A stretch of DNA of 64,000 bases from NCBI GenBank assembly GCA_013265495.1, contig MU058153.1, positions 932,001 to 996,000 of the forward strand, read 5' to 3'. The notes beneath the pieces are model-generated. The model did not search any database. It was given only the letters and a program-made list of their open reading frames with translations, and was not told the origin of the DNA. Source of the DNA: Vicugna vicugna. Taxonomy: Eukaryota. Positions 26,241-39,693 of this stretch are shown in pieces. Position 1 is the stretch's first letter. Each line of letters begins with the position of its first letter. A program made the translations under genes and the position numbers.

Positions 26241-27232
26241 TTAATAAGACTGTCATTGTGCTAAATGCCCTGCTGAAAATAGTAATAATTAGTATTCTGA
26301 CGTTTACAACAGTACTACAAGTTAAATATTATCATACCAATTTACCAGTGGAGCGGCTCCTGGAGCTCAGAGAACTGGGGAAGCCAAAACCCTGTTGGCT
26401 TGGCCCAAAGCCCTTCATCGTGAAGGGACCCCACACTGTTGACATACCTTGTCACTTAGCTACACAGTGGTCAGGGACAGAGAGGTAAGTTATCTTCCTG
26501 TTGTCTTTACTGTACGTGTGCACAATGACCCTGACCGCATGTCTAGTCAGTTCACTTTGTGATGACAAGTGGGATCATGCAGTCTTAGTTATGGCTTAAT
26601 TGAAAATGTACATGATTTTTGCAAAACTTTCCAACCAAGGACATCATTAACATTTAATGCTTTCCCCACATTTATCCAGCTTTGTAGATTTGACATTTTA
26701 TACTTTGCTGACCTTTTTGGGTTGTTAAAAGGGAATATCTTTTCTGTATTCCTTTTCCTCTGTTACAGGAAAAGAAAGCCGACTGTATTAGTATTTATAG
26801 AAAAAAAAATGAAGGGAAAAAAAAGTAAAGACCGTATTTCTTACTCCTTTTTTTTTTTCTTTTTAAGTAGAATTATCCTGGGCTTTCAACCAGAGACTTT
26901 GGGCCGCTCTGTTATTGATCTGTCTGTTCTATATAAAGATCAGACCATATGCATCTGTCCAAATTGGCAAGGATTCATTTATAGTCTTTGCCTTTCATAT
27001 TTTTATTTGTTGCTTACTGCTGCAGTCTCACACAGATAATTTAATAGAATAAATCTCCATATTTCATCCAGTAGATTAAAAGAACTAGTTTTTCCAAACC
27101 CGTATTTAACATAATGCAATTATCTTATGATCTCTCTAGATAGCTTTTACTTCTCTGGTAAAGTGGTTGTGTCCCTAATTACACATTTGAAATTAACCCT
27201 ATAAATTAGTAAGATTCGGTACCTAATTATAA

Positions 27233-28047
27233 TGTGTGTGCATGTGGAGGAGCAGTTTCTCCACACTGCCGAGCAATTCTCACACGCCAGTTGTGTGTCC
27301 TATCTTTCAACTCAATTCTGATGCTATCTACCTGGAGATAGTATCAGACCCCACAGGTTAAGGGCTCAGTGCCACAAGGCTAGAACCCCTCACCCCAACT
27401 TCAGATGTTAATCACAAGTACAGGTTGTCACCCACACTTCTGCTTCTGACTAATTGGCCATAGATCTGAGATTTCAGAGACCCTCTCTGATTGTCATTAA
27501 TCTGCTAGAGTGGCTGGCAGAACTCAGGGAAACATTTTATGGACTAAATTACTGATGTATCATAAGAGGATGTAACTCAGGAATGGCCAGAGGGAAGACA
27601 TATATAGGGCAAGGTATTGGGAAAGGATGCAGAGTTTCCAAGTCCCCTCTGAGCACCACTCTTCTTGAATCGCCCTACATTCACCCAATGGAAGCGCTTC
27701 AAACCGTGCACTTTTGGGCTTTTGTGGAGGCTTGATTATGGCGGCATGATTGATGAAATCATTGGCCAATGGTGACTGAACTCAATCTCTAGTTCCTTTC
27801 CCCACTCCTAGTGGGTCCAGTGTGGAACTAAAATTTCCAACCCTCCAATCACATGGTTGGCTCCCCAGGCAACCAGCCCCCATCAAGTTACCTTGAGGCT
27901 TTCCAAAGGTAACCAGATTAAAACAACAATTTTTTTGTGTGTGCGTGCTTTCTCCACTGGAGAAATCTCAAGAATTTTAAAAGTTCTATGCCAGAAAAAG
28001 CGACCCAGACCGAATATCTATTTCTTGTTATAAATGACAATATCACA
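27233..28047 (-). mobile_element. MER21 (B/C-like) ERV solo LTR, ~815 bp
   Basis: The minus strand begins TGTGATATTGTCATTTATAACAAGAAATAGATATT. Internal 'caattctgatgctatctacctggagatagtatcagaccccacaggttaagggctcag' and 'ccctccaatcacatggttgg...ggcaaccagccccca' are MER21 hallmarks. Confidence 0.9.
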
Positions 28048-28710
28048 ATTGTATCACAACTGCTCTCTTAATTTTCCTTCCTATTACATTGACATTTAAT
28101 CTTTTATTTGCACTTTGTATTTTATATATGAAAACTATTTACCTTCACCCAAAGGTGAAATGTCTTTAATTCTGCATTTTGCTTTGTCCCCATTTGTTTG
28201 TATTTTACTTCTTTGAATTTTGTTTCTTTAGAGTGGAACTAAGAAGTGTGCTTTCCTCAGAGGTAGCCCACTAGTGGGATTTTAGGAATGGCTTTTAGTT
28301 TTGTTAAGTAGCTTTTTTAGGGTAAAAATTTGTTTCAACCAGATGATGGTTTAAACAGCTATATATCACGCGTCCTTCTATATAATACTGAATAGTGTAT
28401 CTTTTATACATGAAAGGATATATGCTGAGTGTAGATATTGTGCAAAACTTGTTAAAAAGCCGAGTCTGAAAATATGAAGCTATGAAATATCTTTGTCCAG
28501 AGAGAACAAAGATACGTCATTTTCAGTGCTCATTAATTATCAGTATCTTCTTAGAATACTAGCCAAGAATTTATAGCTATGTGTTTATGTATTTGTCTGC
28601 TTTCCAAGAGAATTGAGATCCATTAGTGATGTCTGTCTTGTGCACAAAATAGGAAAAAATGAGCCACGTGTTTTTTAATCTTGCCTTAGCTGTGTGAAGT
28701 TGGTCTAAAT

Positions 28711-28904
28711 CAGGGACCAGCAAGCTGCTCCTATAAAGGGACAGATAGTAAATATTGAGGAATTGCAGGCCAGATAAGGCATTGTTGCAATGACTCAGCT
28801 TTGCCATGGCAGTGCTAAAGAATTCTGTTTCCAAAAAATTTTACTCCCCAAAACTTGTGTCAGCTCATACTTGTCCCATAGACCATACAGTTTGCTGAGC
28901 TCTG
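28711..28904 (-). mobile_element. MER58A-like hAT-Charlie DNA transposon
   Basis: Terminal inverted repeats 'cagggaccagcaagct' / 'agtttgctgagctctg'; internal 'taaagggacagatagtaaatatt'. Possible decayed 8-bp TSD gtctaaat/gtccgagt. Confidence 0.85.
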
Positions 28905-29247
28905 GTCCGAGTAGTAGATCACCTGGCTTCCTTAGAATGAAATTCATATCATGATTTTTGAGAACGTGAAATTGTTCACTGGCCAGATATTTGGTGTCGA
29001 TCTTGCATGCCTATGCGTCACCTGCAGAGAAGATGATACATCTTCAGGTGGGTGCTCTGAGGCAGCCTAGAGCCCTGTTATGGTACCAGTTAGTACCTGT
29101 CACGTGCATTGCCATCACGGTTTTTTTTCCCTTCATTATTATAATTATTTTTTGAACTTGAATAATTTTTCATTTCTATGTGACATTAGTATAGATTCCA
29201 TCTTTGGTAGGATAAGGGTAACATGCAATTGGTGCTTGAAACTGAGG

Positions 29248-29750
29248 CTGTATTCATAAAAGAGTCTTTTGATTACAAGTGATATGAACACAACTCAAAT
29301 AAGCTAAGGAAAGACAGAAAACCTATTGTAGTGATACCATGATATCTTGAAAAAATATATATATACATATATATATATAAATGTGTGTATATATATACAT
29401 ATACATACATATATATATATATATATGTATATACCTGAACTTTATGACCGATTTTAACAAGAGATTTCATGAATAGCCACAGGACACGTTTCTGTTTTTA
29501 ATCTCTGCTTATATCTGTGCATTTGCTTTATTTTTCCCTCTGATTTGTCAGACTGATTTCCTCCTTATCTCTAGTTCACTTGAAGAGAAATATTGCTGCC
29601 CCGAATCTCTAAACCTATAGTTTCAGCCTCAGGGTAAATCGATCCTTTGTTGATTCTATGTTAATTTCTGGTAAAGGACTCTTGGGTCAAATACTCATCC
29701 CTGGACTGATCAACTGAGAAAAATGGGTCTGTGAAAAGGGCTGTGACGGT
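29248..29750 (-). mobile_element. Old MLT1-type LTR remnant containing a (TA)n expansion
   Basis: 'gattacaagtgatatgaacacaactcaaataagctaagg' and 'aaggactcttgggtcaaatactcatccctggactgatcaactg'. Confidence 0.6.
29356..29432. repeat. (TA)n imperfect microsatellite
   Basis: Seen directly. Confidence 0.95.
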
Positions 29751-30960
29751 GCAGTTTGGACAACAACCTGGAGCCAGTGTCACACATCACTACACCTGGA
29801 TGGCCCTGAGGCTGTGAGACAGCACCTAGGAAAGAGTTTTATCCAAGGGGAAGTATTTAAGTAGGAAATGCGTGCCTTATTTACTGCTTAGCGAGAGAAT
29901 GTCTTGTCTTTCAAATTTCTGTTTGGCATAATAAATTAGCCTCTATGTTTTCCTGGAAAAATTTCATGACAATTGGGCACTTCCAAGACAGCCGTCTTCT
30001 GTGTGTTTGGAAACATCACGTGACATTCTTGGTGACCACCATCATGGGTGGAAATGAGTTACTCTGGGCTCTGTTGTTGGGCCAATGAACCTTAGGCTGA
30101 AAGGCGACTCATTGAGGCCAGTGGAATTGGATACAAAAGATCTGATTAGCTCTGCTCGTCTTTTTGAACCCTGTTTAAGCTACATAATAATTCCATCTTC
30201 TTCCCTGCCCTGTGATGATAACCTTCAGTACTTGCATCTCCAAATCTATGGAAAGTAGCAAATGATGATTCAAAGTAATGGGTTCCCTGTTGAAGGACCC
30301 CAGAGCAGAACAGTATCTTGGAAGAAATCACTTGTTACACAGCTGAATTAAACATTTCCTCTGTTCGTCAAGCTGAACTCCTGCTTAAGAACTGCACCTT
30401 GGCAATGGATAGCATTTTGGGATGAGAACACTGCCTCGAAATGAAAATGTTGAAACATTTCTGTGGCTTTTTCCTCATGCTTCTCCAGAAGCAGCCCCTG
30501 ACCCACAGGAGACATGAAACTTTGGTTCTAGGTGATGAGATCAGGATATCAACATTTAAGTGCTTTATTCATCTTCTATGAGCTTTCATTCCTAAGCAAT
30601 CTTTGGTCTGGGGAGCTCTCCTAGAGAAAAAAAAAAAAAGCTGAAAATTGCTTTCAGGATGACATAGCTGGAGTTGTCCACTGTGTTTCTGTCACCAAGT
30701 TGTGTGGGAGTCCATGCAATGATATCAAGGTTAATATTTAAAATAATAAAACATTGCAAAAACAACAAAAAGATATTCATATTTGTTTTTAAGTTTGTTT
30801 ATTTAATAAGCAATTTCTATTTTCCTGAAAATATTCTGAACAAGTGACTCTTTGCATCTTCTTCACATCAGGCTCACATGCAATTCAGATTTCATGGATT
30901 TATGAAATCCATTAAAAAAAAATAAAAGCCTGTCTTCTTTAACTACTTTGTTTTCCTTAC

Positions 30961-30992
30961 AAAAAAAAAAGAAAGAAAGAAAGAAAGAAAAA
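30961..30992. repeat. A-run/(GAAA)n microsatellite
   Basis: A10 followed by (GAAA)5. Confidence 0.9.
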
Positions 30993-31405
30993 GACCTACC
31001 TCTCTTTCATTTTTTCTTATAGTAAGGATAACTTAGTAATATGATATAGAATAGCATCATTAGATGATTTAAAGACCTTCTACTGTTTCTATGTGATAGC
31101 GTTCCTAGGTGACTCAGATGAGACCTGAAACCATGGACTCGTGTAGGTAAGGGCGCTATTTACTCCACCATCCCATGTCCTGTGGGAAGTACCTCGTCCT
31201 TCCCAAGTCTGCTGCACCTTCGTGGGGACATATTTTGTCATGGTCTCTCTTGTTGCTGCTTCTCCAGATTCACCTTAAGCTCCTGGATCTTCCTCCCTCA
31301 GGATTCTTCTCTTTTTTATTCCTGGTCCGTTTCCCAGATTCTCTCTAAACCTCAATCACAATGCAGGTGTTTGTGGTAGAATTGAACTGAACGCTGGAGC
31401 TCTGC

Positions 31406-31427
31406 AAAAAAAAAAAAAAAAAAAAAA
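31406..31427. repeat. Poly(A) tract, 22 nt
   Basis: Seen directly. An L2-like terminus ('tgtttgtggtagaattgaactgaa') lies just upstream. Confidence 0.9.
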
Positions 31428-32116
31428 GATGGAAAATAAACTTTACACATCCCTCTTCTTAAAAATACAAGACTTTTTCTTGGCAGAGATTTCCTTCAGG
31501 GCTGATGTTTCTCCTGCAGGCCCAGCTCTCCCATTTTGCTGACATTTCTACTTCCTTCTGTATATCCAAGGATCTCCAAATTTATTCTGCTTCAAGGTGA
31601 TTTAGCCTTTCCTTTCTCTATCTTCACCCTAAATCATATGTTCTTGCCTGTTGCACCACACTCTTTATCCTCATCTTATTGATATACCCTACGTTAACAA
31701 AGTATCTCCTACTAAATGTGCTTCCAATGTTTGACTATGATCTATGTCACTGCAGGAAGAATTTCAGATTTAACAGTTCTCATCACTGTGGCTTGAACTT
31801 TTTCAATGGAAATTGATCCAGTCTATTTAGTTTCTTTGGTTACATTATACCTGTCCTGGAACAATGACTTCTGTTGGTTAAAACTTGGCACTAGGAGGGC
31901 TGTGGATTTGATGCATAAAAAGCACGTCCCTATACACAGAATATATGTTCATTCTCAGCCTCTCATATCGTTGATCCTGAGAAATAGAGCAGAATTACTT
32001 AAATGGGTCAAGGCAAAATTATACTATTTCTAAAAAACGATCAACCTCTTTATTGCTCCTGTTTTTTAAGAATACCCCTAGTGTATGACCTTTTCTTCAA
32101 TACCATGTACTTAGAC

Positions 32117-32325
32117 TAGTTCTGTCCAATAGAATTTTCTATAATATTGAAAATGTTCTATTTTGCACTAATATACTCTGTCTAATATACTATTCACTAG
32201 CCACATGTGACTGTTGAGCAGCTGAAATGTACCTAATGTTACTGAGGAACTAAATTTTTGATTTAATTGTATTTAAATTTAAATAGCCACATCTGGCTAG
32301 TAGCTAACATACTGGACAACGTAAC
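32117..32325 (+). mobile_element. MER3-like hAT-Charlie DNA transposon
   Basis: 'ctgtccaatagaattttct...cactagccacatgtgactgttgagca...aaatagccacatctggctagtagcta...tggacaacg'. Confidence 0.9.
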
Positions 32326-35300
32326 TCGAGATTTTTCCCGTTTCTACTAGATTCATATGTGTGCTTAAGCTGGCCTCTTCAAGGTCCCAGAAATGGTTAA
32401 CTATGTGTATTCCTAAAATAAAATCCAAATTTGTGTTTTAGGTGTATTAATATATTAGGTAGTCCATCTTTCCTTCAGTGTGGTACTGTAACCAGCATTT
32501 AGATAAAAATGTGTTGTTTTCAACAAATAATATGAATATAAAATTTTTCATTGCACTGTAAGGCTTTACATCTTGTAACGTTTATATAAATAGATAAATT
32601 TGATGGATAACCTGAATAGTGGAAAACCTGAGTTTTAGCTCCAGTTTGCAGGGAAATCACTTTCCCCAACCCTTGTTTTCAAGCCTCATCTGTGAAGGGA
32701 ATGGTTTGGTTTGGGCACTTTATTAGACCTGAATATTTGGAGCATCCTTTCTCCTTTGTCTCCTCTTCCGTCATCCTGTGACGTACACCTGCAGTCTTCC
32801 TCCTAGGCTGCCTTTCCCTAAATCTCTTCTCCCTCTGGGACAACGTCAGCCCTGGGATGTGCCCCTCAGCTTTGGTGGGTGGGACAGATACTCTCTGCAT
32901 TTGGTTCCCCTGCGGAGGAGAGGGAGGAAAGTTTGTCTTGATCACATCCTCTCCTGAATATTTCAGGATGAAGCAGTTTCATTCGAAACATCTGAATCAA
33001 TTAGGAAAAATCGTCTGTGTTTTATTTTGTTTACTCCTATAACTTTGTTTACTCCTATAAGCAAAAACAAAAAAATATGTCACTGCTGAAATGTCAATGC
33101 CGGGAATATCCCATCTTGTTCACTTTAATTCTGTTAGGAGACACATGTTTAACCAAGGCTGTAAGCAGAAAACCTTCCATAAAGATAATTAAGTATGAAA
33201 GTAGATAAATGTATTAAACAATCTATGCCAATTCCAGGCGCACAGGATAAAATCCATTTAAAATGTTGTTTTTTCTGAACAAAGGAAACATGCCCAACTC
33301 TCTCTCTCTGGCCCAAGAATGTGTATTGCAATATAGCCACTCCCTGCATAACATTTTAGATGTTCAGTATGAAGTAGTAGGTAAGGCTTTGAGATGGACT
33401 GCAAATCTATTTAGTTAACAGAATGTTTTCTACAAAAGAACTTTCTTTCCATAACTATATATCCAAACTATTTCAGAAACAGACTGATTTCTAGACTTCT
33501 TGCATTTTCCCAGAATTTTAAGAATTCATACCCTACAGACTTTATGAAGTTCCCTTTAAATCAAAGGTTTTAACACACAGGAATGGATGGCTCCCAGATA
33601 TTTTAGAATGCAGGTTTCAGTATAAAGTCGAGATATGAAATTCCATGTGACTAGAATAGAGGAAGAAAAAAATAAAGATAAAATGGTCTCTGTTTCTGTA
33701 TTTTGGTCCCTCAAAAGTAAATAATAATACAAAATAAAATAATGCTATATTATAAAATATATCATAGTCACAGAACACGAAAAAATAAAAATGGTGAATG
33801 AAACTACCCTGAATCTGAGTGTTGATGTTGTGAAATGGGAGTCATAGCTATAGTATTTGTCATCAATTTAAATTCTCTAAGTTAATTTTTTTCTTAAAGA
33901 ATTTATTCTGAGCAGTTCTCCAGCCAAAGCAGGAAGGCGTTTATAGGCATGGTGGCCACACCCAAGTCACATCCTAAGATTTATAAATGGGCAGCTAATT
34001 ATAAAATACCTCTTGCAAAACATGCAGGCTAACACCATTTTCTCTGGCAACATTCCATGTAAAAATAAATAAAAATTATAGATTGAGTGAATTAATGTTT
34101 CATGGAGCTCACTGGTTAGCTGAACGCTGTGAAATAATTCTAAAACACACTTCCTAGAAAGGTCCTAAGCAAGACTTTGCCAACATGGTAGGTGGGCCAA
34201 GCCACTGCAATCCACTGCATGTAGATGGTGAGCTGATTAATCTGATGTTACAATGCAAAACAAAAATAGTATCTTCACTGTGCCCTTTTGGTTACTGCTT
34301 TAAAGGTAGAGAAGGAATAGGGATGAATAATAGACCTAATAAGGAAATATTTCATTGGGTTTTTCATTATAGTAAAAACATCTCAGCAGAGAGGTAAAAT
34401 GCACTTACTGAATTTGCCAGAATGGAGATGTGATTGTTGGAACAGTTTAGGTACTTTATAATTCATTTTGCACTAATCTCTTCTTTGAAATCTGAGCCCA
34501 AGGAAGAAAAGAAATCCTTCCTTTCATGATACAGTTGGAGGACACAGAAAATGGTCTTTATTTCCAGACAGTTTGGATTATGAGTTTCATTCTGACAATC
34601 ATTTTGAGCATAGAAATGGAAGTGTCAGCTATTAAAAGGAAATTAAGTCCCAAATCGCAATTACAACATTAACTTTAGTTACTGTAGCAATAGGGGGAAA
34701 TCATTTTCTAAACATTTGTCTTAGGATATGCCTTTTTTATATTCAGCTAATTTAGCTCTTGCCTTCCAATGTAAACGTGATCTGCAGTTGTTTTTATCAA
34801 GGCCAAAAAAGTCATGGGACTGACCAGTCAACTTAAAAACACAGAAAATGTATAAGCTGAATTTCTAGTTAGACTGTTTCATTAAGTAGCTCTATGTTTG
34901 CTCCCACAAGAATATTTCAAATATTGAAACTTCTGCAAGTTCGTCAAGTGTAGCAACAAAGCTATACTGGAAAATAGAAGCATTGTATGGAGAGTATTAC
35001 AAGTATTTTTAGCGAAAAGTGTCTACAGCTGATGGAAATGGAAAACAGAGAATGAACAACTCCCCATTATTACAAATAACGTGGGTTAAGGCTCACTGAA
35101 GACCTGGACCAAGCTCACTTATCCAGATGAGCTCAGTTATTAGGCAGATCAGTGGTGGGTCCCCATTTGAGAACACGGGGGTGCAGCTCTGGCCACACAT
35201 GTGGCCCTTTTTTTTTCAATCAGTGCAACAGCAGTGCTACTGTAAAGGTTGGCAATGTTTGGCAAAGCGTTGTAAGATTCCTCCGGAGTGAGAAAACCCT

Positions 35301-35692
35301 CTATTCCTTCTTTGTCAGGAAACTGAGCTGAAGCATTAATAGAGTGATGTTAGTGCTTCTTGGCTCCAGAGGAAAAAAAAAAAATAAAGAGTTACAACAA
35401 TTGGCTATCCTTTAATCAAACACTGTTAAGTGGTTAATACTGCCAGGTTTCCTACCACCTGGAAACCTTTTTCTTTCCTGTAAGCCAGTTGCTTCTAAGA
35501 GAATACAGTTTCAGGAGTAGAGTAGTTTAGGGGTAAGAGATGGTATTTTGAGACACTGAGTAAGGAGATCACTCCTGAAAAACAAGAAAAAACAGCAATG
35601 ATGAGGAGGGACCAGTTATCAACAGATAGAAAGGAACATCTTGTTGCTGCGTAAAATCACTTTAACTGGTTTTACTTGAATTGTGATATTCT

Positions 35693-35776
35693 TTTTTTTT
35701 TTTTTGTCTTGTTTTATTGAAGTATAGTTGATTTACAATGTTGTGTTTGTTTCTGGTAAACAACATGGTGACTCAG

Positions 35777-35807
<31 letters not shown>

Positions 35808-36247
35808 GTTTTTCATATTCTTTTTCATTGTAGGTTATTACAAGTTGTTGAATATAGCTCCCTGTGCTATACAGTAGGACCTTGTTGTTTATTCTGTATA
35901 TAGTAGTTTGTTTCTGCTAATCCCAAACTCCCAATTTATCCCTCCCCCACCCTTTTTTCCCCTCGGTAACCATAACTTTGGTTTCTTTGTCAGTAAGCCT
36001 GTCTCTATTTTGTAAATAAGTTCATTTGTATCCTTTTTTTTTTTAAGATTCCACATATAAATGATATATGATATTTGTCTTTCTCTGTCTGGCTTAATTC
36101 ACTTAGTATGATAATCTCTGAGACCATCCATGTTGCTATAAATGGCATTATTTCATTTTTTTATGACTGAATAGTATCCTGTTGTGTATATACACCACAT
36201 TTTCTTTATCCAATCATCTGTTGATGGAAATTTAGGTTGCTGCCATC
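35693..36247 (-). mobile_element. 5'-truncated LINE-1 (3'UTR plus end of ORF2) with poly(A) and an 11-bp TSD
   Basis: A T-tract at ~35692-35705, then 'ttattgaagtatagttgatttacaatgttgtg...ccctgtgctatacagtaggacc...gattccacatataa...atccaatcatctgttgatgga'. Perfect direct repeat TGTGATATTCT at 35682-35692 and 36248-36258. Confidence 0.95.
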
Positions 36248-37789
36248 TGTGATATTCTCGATCTTCTCTTCTTCAGTGTTCTCTTAATGTCGAGTTGGTG
36301 GTGTAGGAATGCACTGAATTAACCTACCTTGGGCAGAATATTCAGATCACTGGAATGTGTTTGCCGCACTCTCCCACCACTTTTCTTCTTCCTACCTAGC
36401 TACCACATATATTCTATATCCGGCTGTGATGCCCTTAAATTTTCAATCATGCCAAGACTCAGTTCTGTGCTCTAAACTTAGCTTTCCTTTTTTCCATATC
36501 ACCACTCACCCTGTTCAGTCCTCTGATCATTGCTAAGAGGACCACATTTGTTTAACACACTAATTGTACCTGAGTTTTGAATGATATTCAGAGCCTAATT
36601 CCTAAATGATCTCAGGGATGCTCATAATTGAAAATCAGGTCAGTAGATGATCCAAACAGTTCTTGCATTTGACTTTCCTTTCTTTTGACCTTTAGAGCTT
36701 TCTGAATACACCTGAATGAGAGTAGATCTTTGGGGAAATGTTTGTGCATGGACTAAGATTTGTTTTTGCCTTTTTTGCTACAGTCAAGTCAAAGAACATG
36801 GTAATTGCTCAATCTGTCTAAAGCAAAAAAGTTGACACATGCAGCTGTTATCCCCTTAGATAAGGCTTCCCACGTCGAATATCATTAATCCGTCTCGGCA
36901 TTCACTCTCTCCGAATTCAGACAAGACCTTAGAATCCTTCTCAGTTAAGCCTTTCACCCAGTCACTAACAGATCATCAAAAAGTGCCACCCCTGCTTACA
37001 GTGGTGTGTATGTGTGTGTGTAGTTGAGTGGTTGAGGCAAAGAAATGTACCTCTGTATGCCCACTCACCTTTTCCTTTAACTAGGACTAAATGTTAACAA
37101 CCAACTGCTGTATCAACTCCATCCTAGAGATGGTTTTAAGACTAAACTAACTATGTGGGTTCAAGATACTACTTCCAGCAGGAAACAGAACAGAATGGAT
37201 ATTGATTTATGACTTAGGCAGAAAGAAATGTTATAAAATGGGCCTTTGGGTGAATTGTTCACTTCTCCATCTCCTTTGATTAACATAAGGGTCCATAGTA
37301 TGTTAATATCCCTTGATGCATTAGCTCATGCCAGCTCTTATTCAAAATCTATCACATTTAAGACACCTATATATACCCCTTAAACTATCCAAAGTAGAAA
37401 TATATAAACATATTTTTATTAAATGTTTTCTAATTCATTATGAACAGAATTCTCAGTTGGTACCAGAAATTTTCCATTCTTTTTCAATATTTGTAACTGA
37501 AGATCCTAGGTGAAAGATGATGTTTGAAAATGTGGAATAGTTTTATTCCTGTTAACTATGCTATCACCTTGCTATTCTGGATTGAAAGACCTTACCTATC
37601 CTTTGATTTTATGATAAATTATCTTTATTCTTCATAAGCCAAATGGTTTTTCCTACCCTTCTGAGTTTTCTCCCCTGTTAAATTCTATCTGTACCTTAAA
37701 GTATTAAAGTATACCATGACACACAAAACAAAGCAAAAGGAACCTGAAGGAAATTACATTTATTTCATTTCTCTTGTATGTCAGCCATG

Positions 37790-37990
37790 ATGCTGAACAT
37801 ATTAATATTGTTTCATATGTTGTCTCATCTAACTTTTATTTTAAACATTTGTGGGGTCACATAATTATCCCGGTTTGCAGATAAATAATGGGTGGCTTAG
37901 AAGGGGGTCTTAAATGATGTGCCCAGGGCCACAAAACCAGTACTTGAAGGGAGTGGTTTGGAACTGAGACCCAACTTTCTCCAAAGACCA
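37790..37990 (-). mobile_element. MIR SINE
   Basis: 'attatcccggtttgcagataaa...aaatgatgtgcccagggccacaaaaccagt'. Confidence 0.7.
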
Positions 37991-38821
37991 AATCAGTAAG
38001 AACGGATCCTAAATACATAATTTCAGTTCATCAGGATTTTTAGGTTATATGATGGTTTATACCGAGTCGTGGTAATTAATTACCTTTTAGAAATGGGACA
38101 TTTCTTAAGAAATTCTAATAGATAAAATGAATCTTTCTTTTGTAATAGTCTATTTGCAGCAGTAGGTAACAGAAAACCATGATTAAAAACTGGAATTCTA
38201 GATGTAGGTCTGGCTTCAGGTTTGGGTGATTGAATGATCCAATCATATCAAGATCCAAAACTATTTCTGTCAACCTGTTTTTCCTTTGGTTGCCTTTTAT
38301 ATTCAGATCAGTGGCAAGATGGCTGTGGCACCTCCAGATCTATCAATGTCCAAGGGAAAGGCAGGGGACCATTTACTTGTGTTACTTTCTTCACAGGATG
38401 TGGAACGATCCCTGGCAGATAGTCCCACCTTGCCTCATTAGTCAAATTAGGTTGCATTTCTCTTCCTTTACCAATCATTGAAATGGAAATGAGATTACTA
38501 TGTTTGGTTTAGAGCAAGCAATCAAGATTTAAACAAATCAATGTTGCAGAATCAACCACTATATTTGCAAAGACACAGATTTCTCTATGCCCCATGTAGA
38601 TTTTTCAAGGGCCATTTTAATCTCTCTCTGCTGAGCAAGGCCATTCATTTATTGGCCAAAAAAAAAAAAAAAAAGAAGAAAAAAAAATTGTGAGCACCAA
38701 GACTTTGTATTTGTCTTATAAATGTATGTTTCTATACTTTGTTCAGTTTATTCTGTCCTACTAAAGTTCTCATACTCTCTAAACACTCAGTTGTCCCAGG
38801 TATCAAAAGGAGATAAAAATG

Positions 38822-38893
38822 GTACTTAGCCATATGAAATTGCCAATATTTTGCCATATTAAACTTGCAAAAATAACTGTTTAATATGCCTAC
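38822..38893. mobile_element. MADE2-like mariner-derived MITE
   Basis: 'ccatatgaaattgccaatatt...caaaaataactgtttaatatg' forms an ~80-bp decayed palindrome. Confidence 0.6.
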
Positions 38894-39509
38894 TCTGTGA
38901 ATGCCACCATTTCAGTGAGATAAATACTTCTGAAATGTTGAAAGCTGTGCTTGGCAAACAGCTCTTATGGAGTGAATGGTTTAAGAATCTGCATAAACTT
39001 GTTTTGAACAGTTGTTTGGAGCCTTGCTAATGTTAAAAAAAAAGTTTCCCTAGGTTTACTGCTTACATTTGTCAGAGGTAGAGAGAGTAGAAAAAGCTGT
39101 GTGCCTTTAATTGCTTAGAAAAATTGCAGTTCATCCCAGAGAGAGAATCCAAACTTTAGTTATTTATTAATTAGCTTGGGTTTTTTGGAAATTGTTGAGA
39201 ATAATGATGTGTAAGATAAAGTGAAAACAGAGCGTCATTAGGGAATGTCAGCCAATCAGGAGGCAAGTAGTATTTGAAATAGAAGAATGATTCCAGGGAA
39301 AGGAATCTTAGGGTCCCTGGGATGCGAGGAGTTCCCAGTCAGTCATCTGGGCTATAGGCTTTTTGACGTTCAAGGGCTAAAAGAAAGTCAGGGCATCTAA
39401 GGAAAAAGAGCAGAAGAATAAGGTGGACCAGGAAGGCCAATTGGCTGCCTTCATGGGGGTGAATATAGGTAGTAATCTTGGTCATTCAGGGTCAGTTTGC
39501 CCCTAGGCA

Positions 39510-39693
39510 AGTAGCTCTAGCACAATTAGAATCACCTGGAGGGCATGTTAAACCTGATTGTTGGGCCCCAGCTATTGAGTTGCAGATTCAATAGGTCTGA
39601 GGAGCTCTGTAGGGTGGTGGCGGGTTGGCAGGGAAGGGGTGGGGGGAGGTAAAACAAGTTCGCAAGTGATTCCAGTGTCTCTGAGAACCACTG
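39510..39693. mobile_element. MER5A-like DNA transposon
   Basis: 'attagaatcacctggagggcatgttaaa...gggcccca...gattcaataggtctg...aacaagttc...tgagaaccactg'. Confidence 0.85.

Noticed and set aside
26569..27039. 156-aa ORF
   Set aside because: GTG start, F/K-rich from A/T homopolymer runs, no recognisable domain or splice context.
30888..30912. Short inverted repeats (also aggtttcc/ggaaacct at ~35445-35468) as miRNA or structured RNA hairpins
   Set aside because: Stems of only 8 bp are expected by chance and are far too short for a pre-miRNA.
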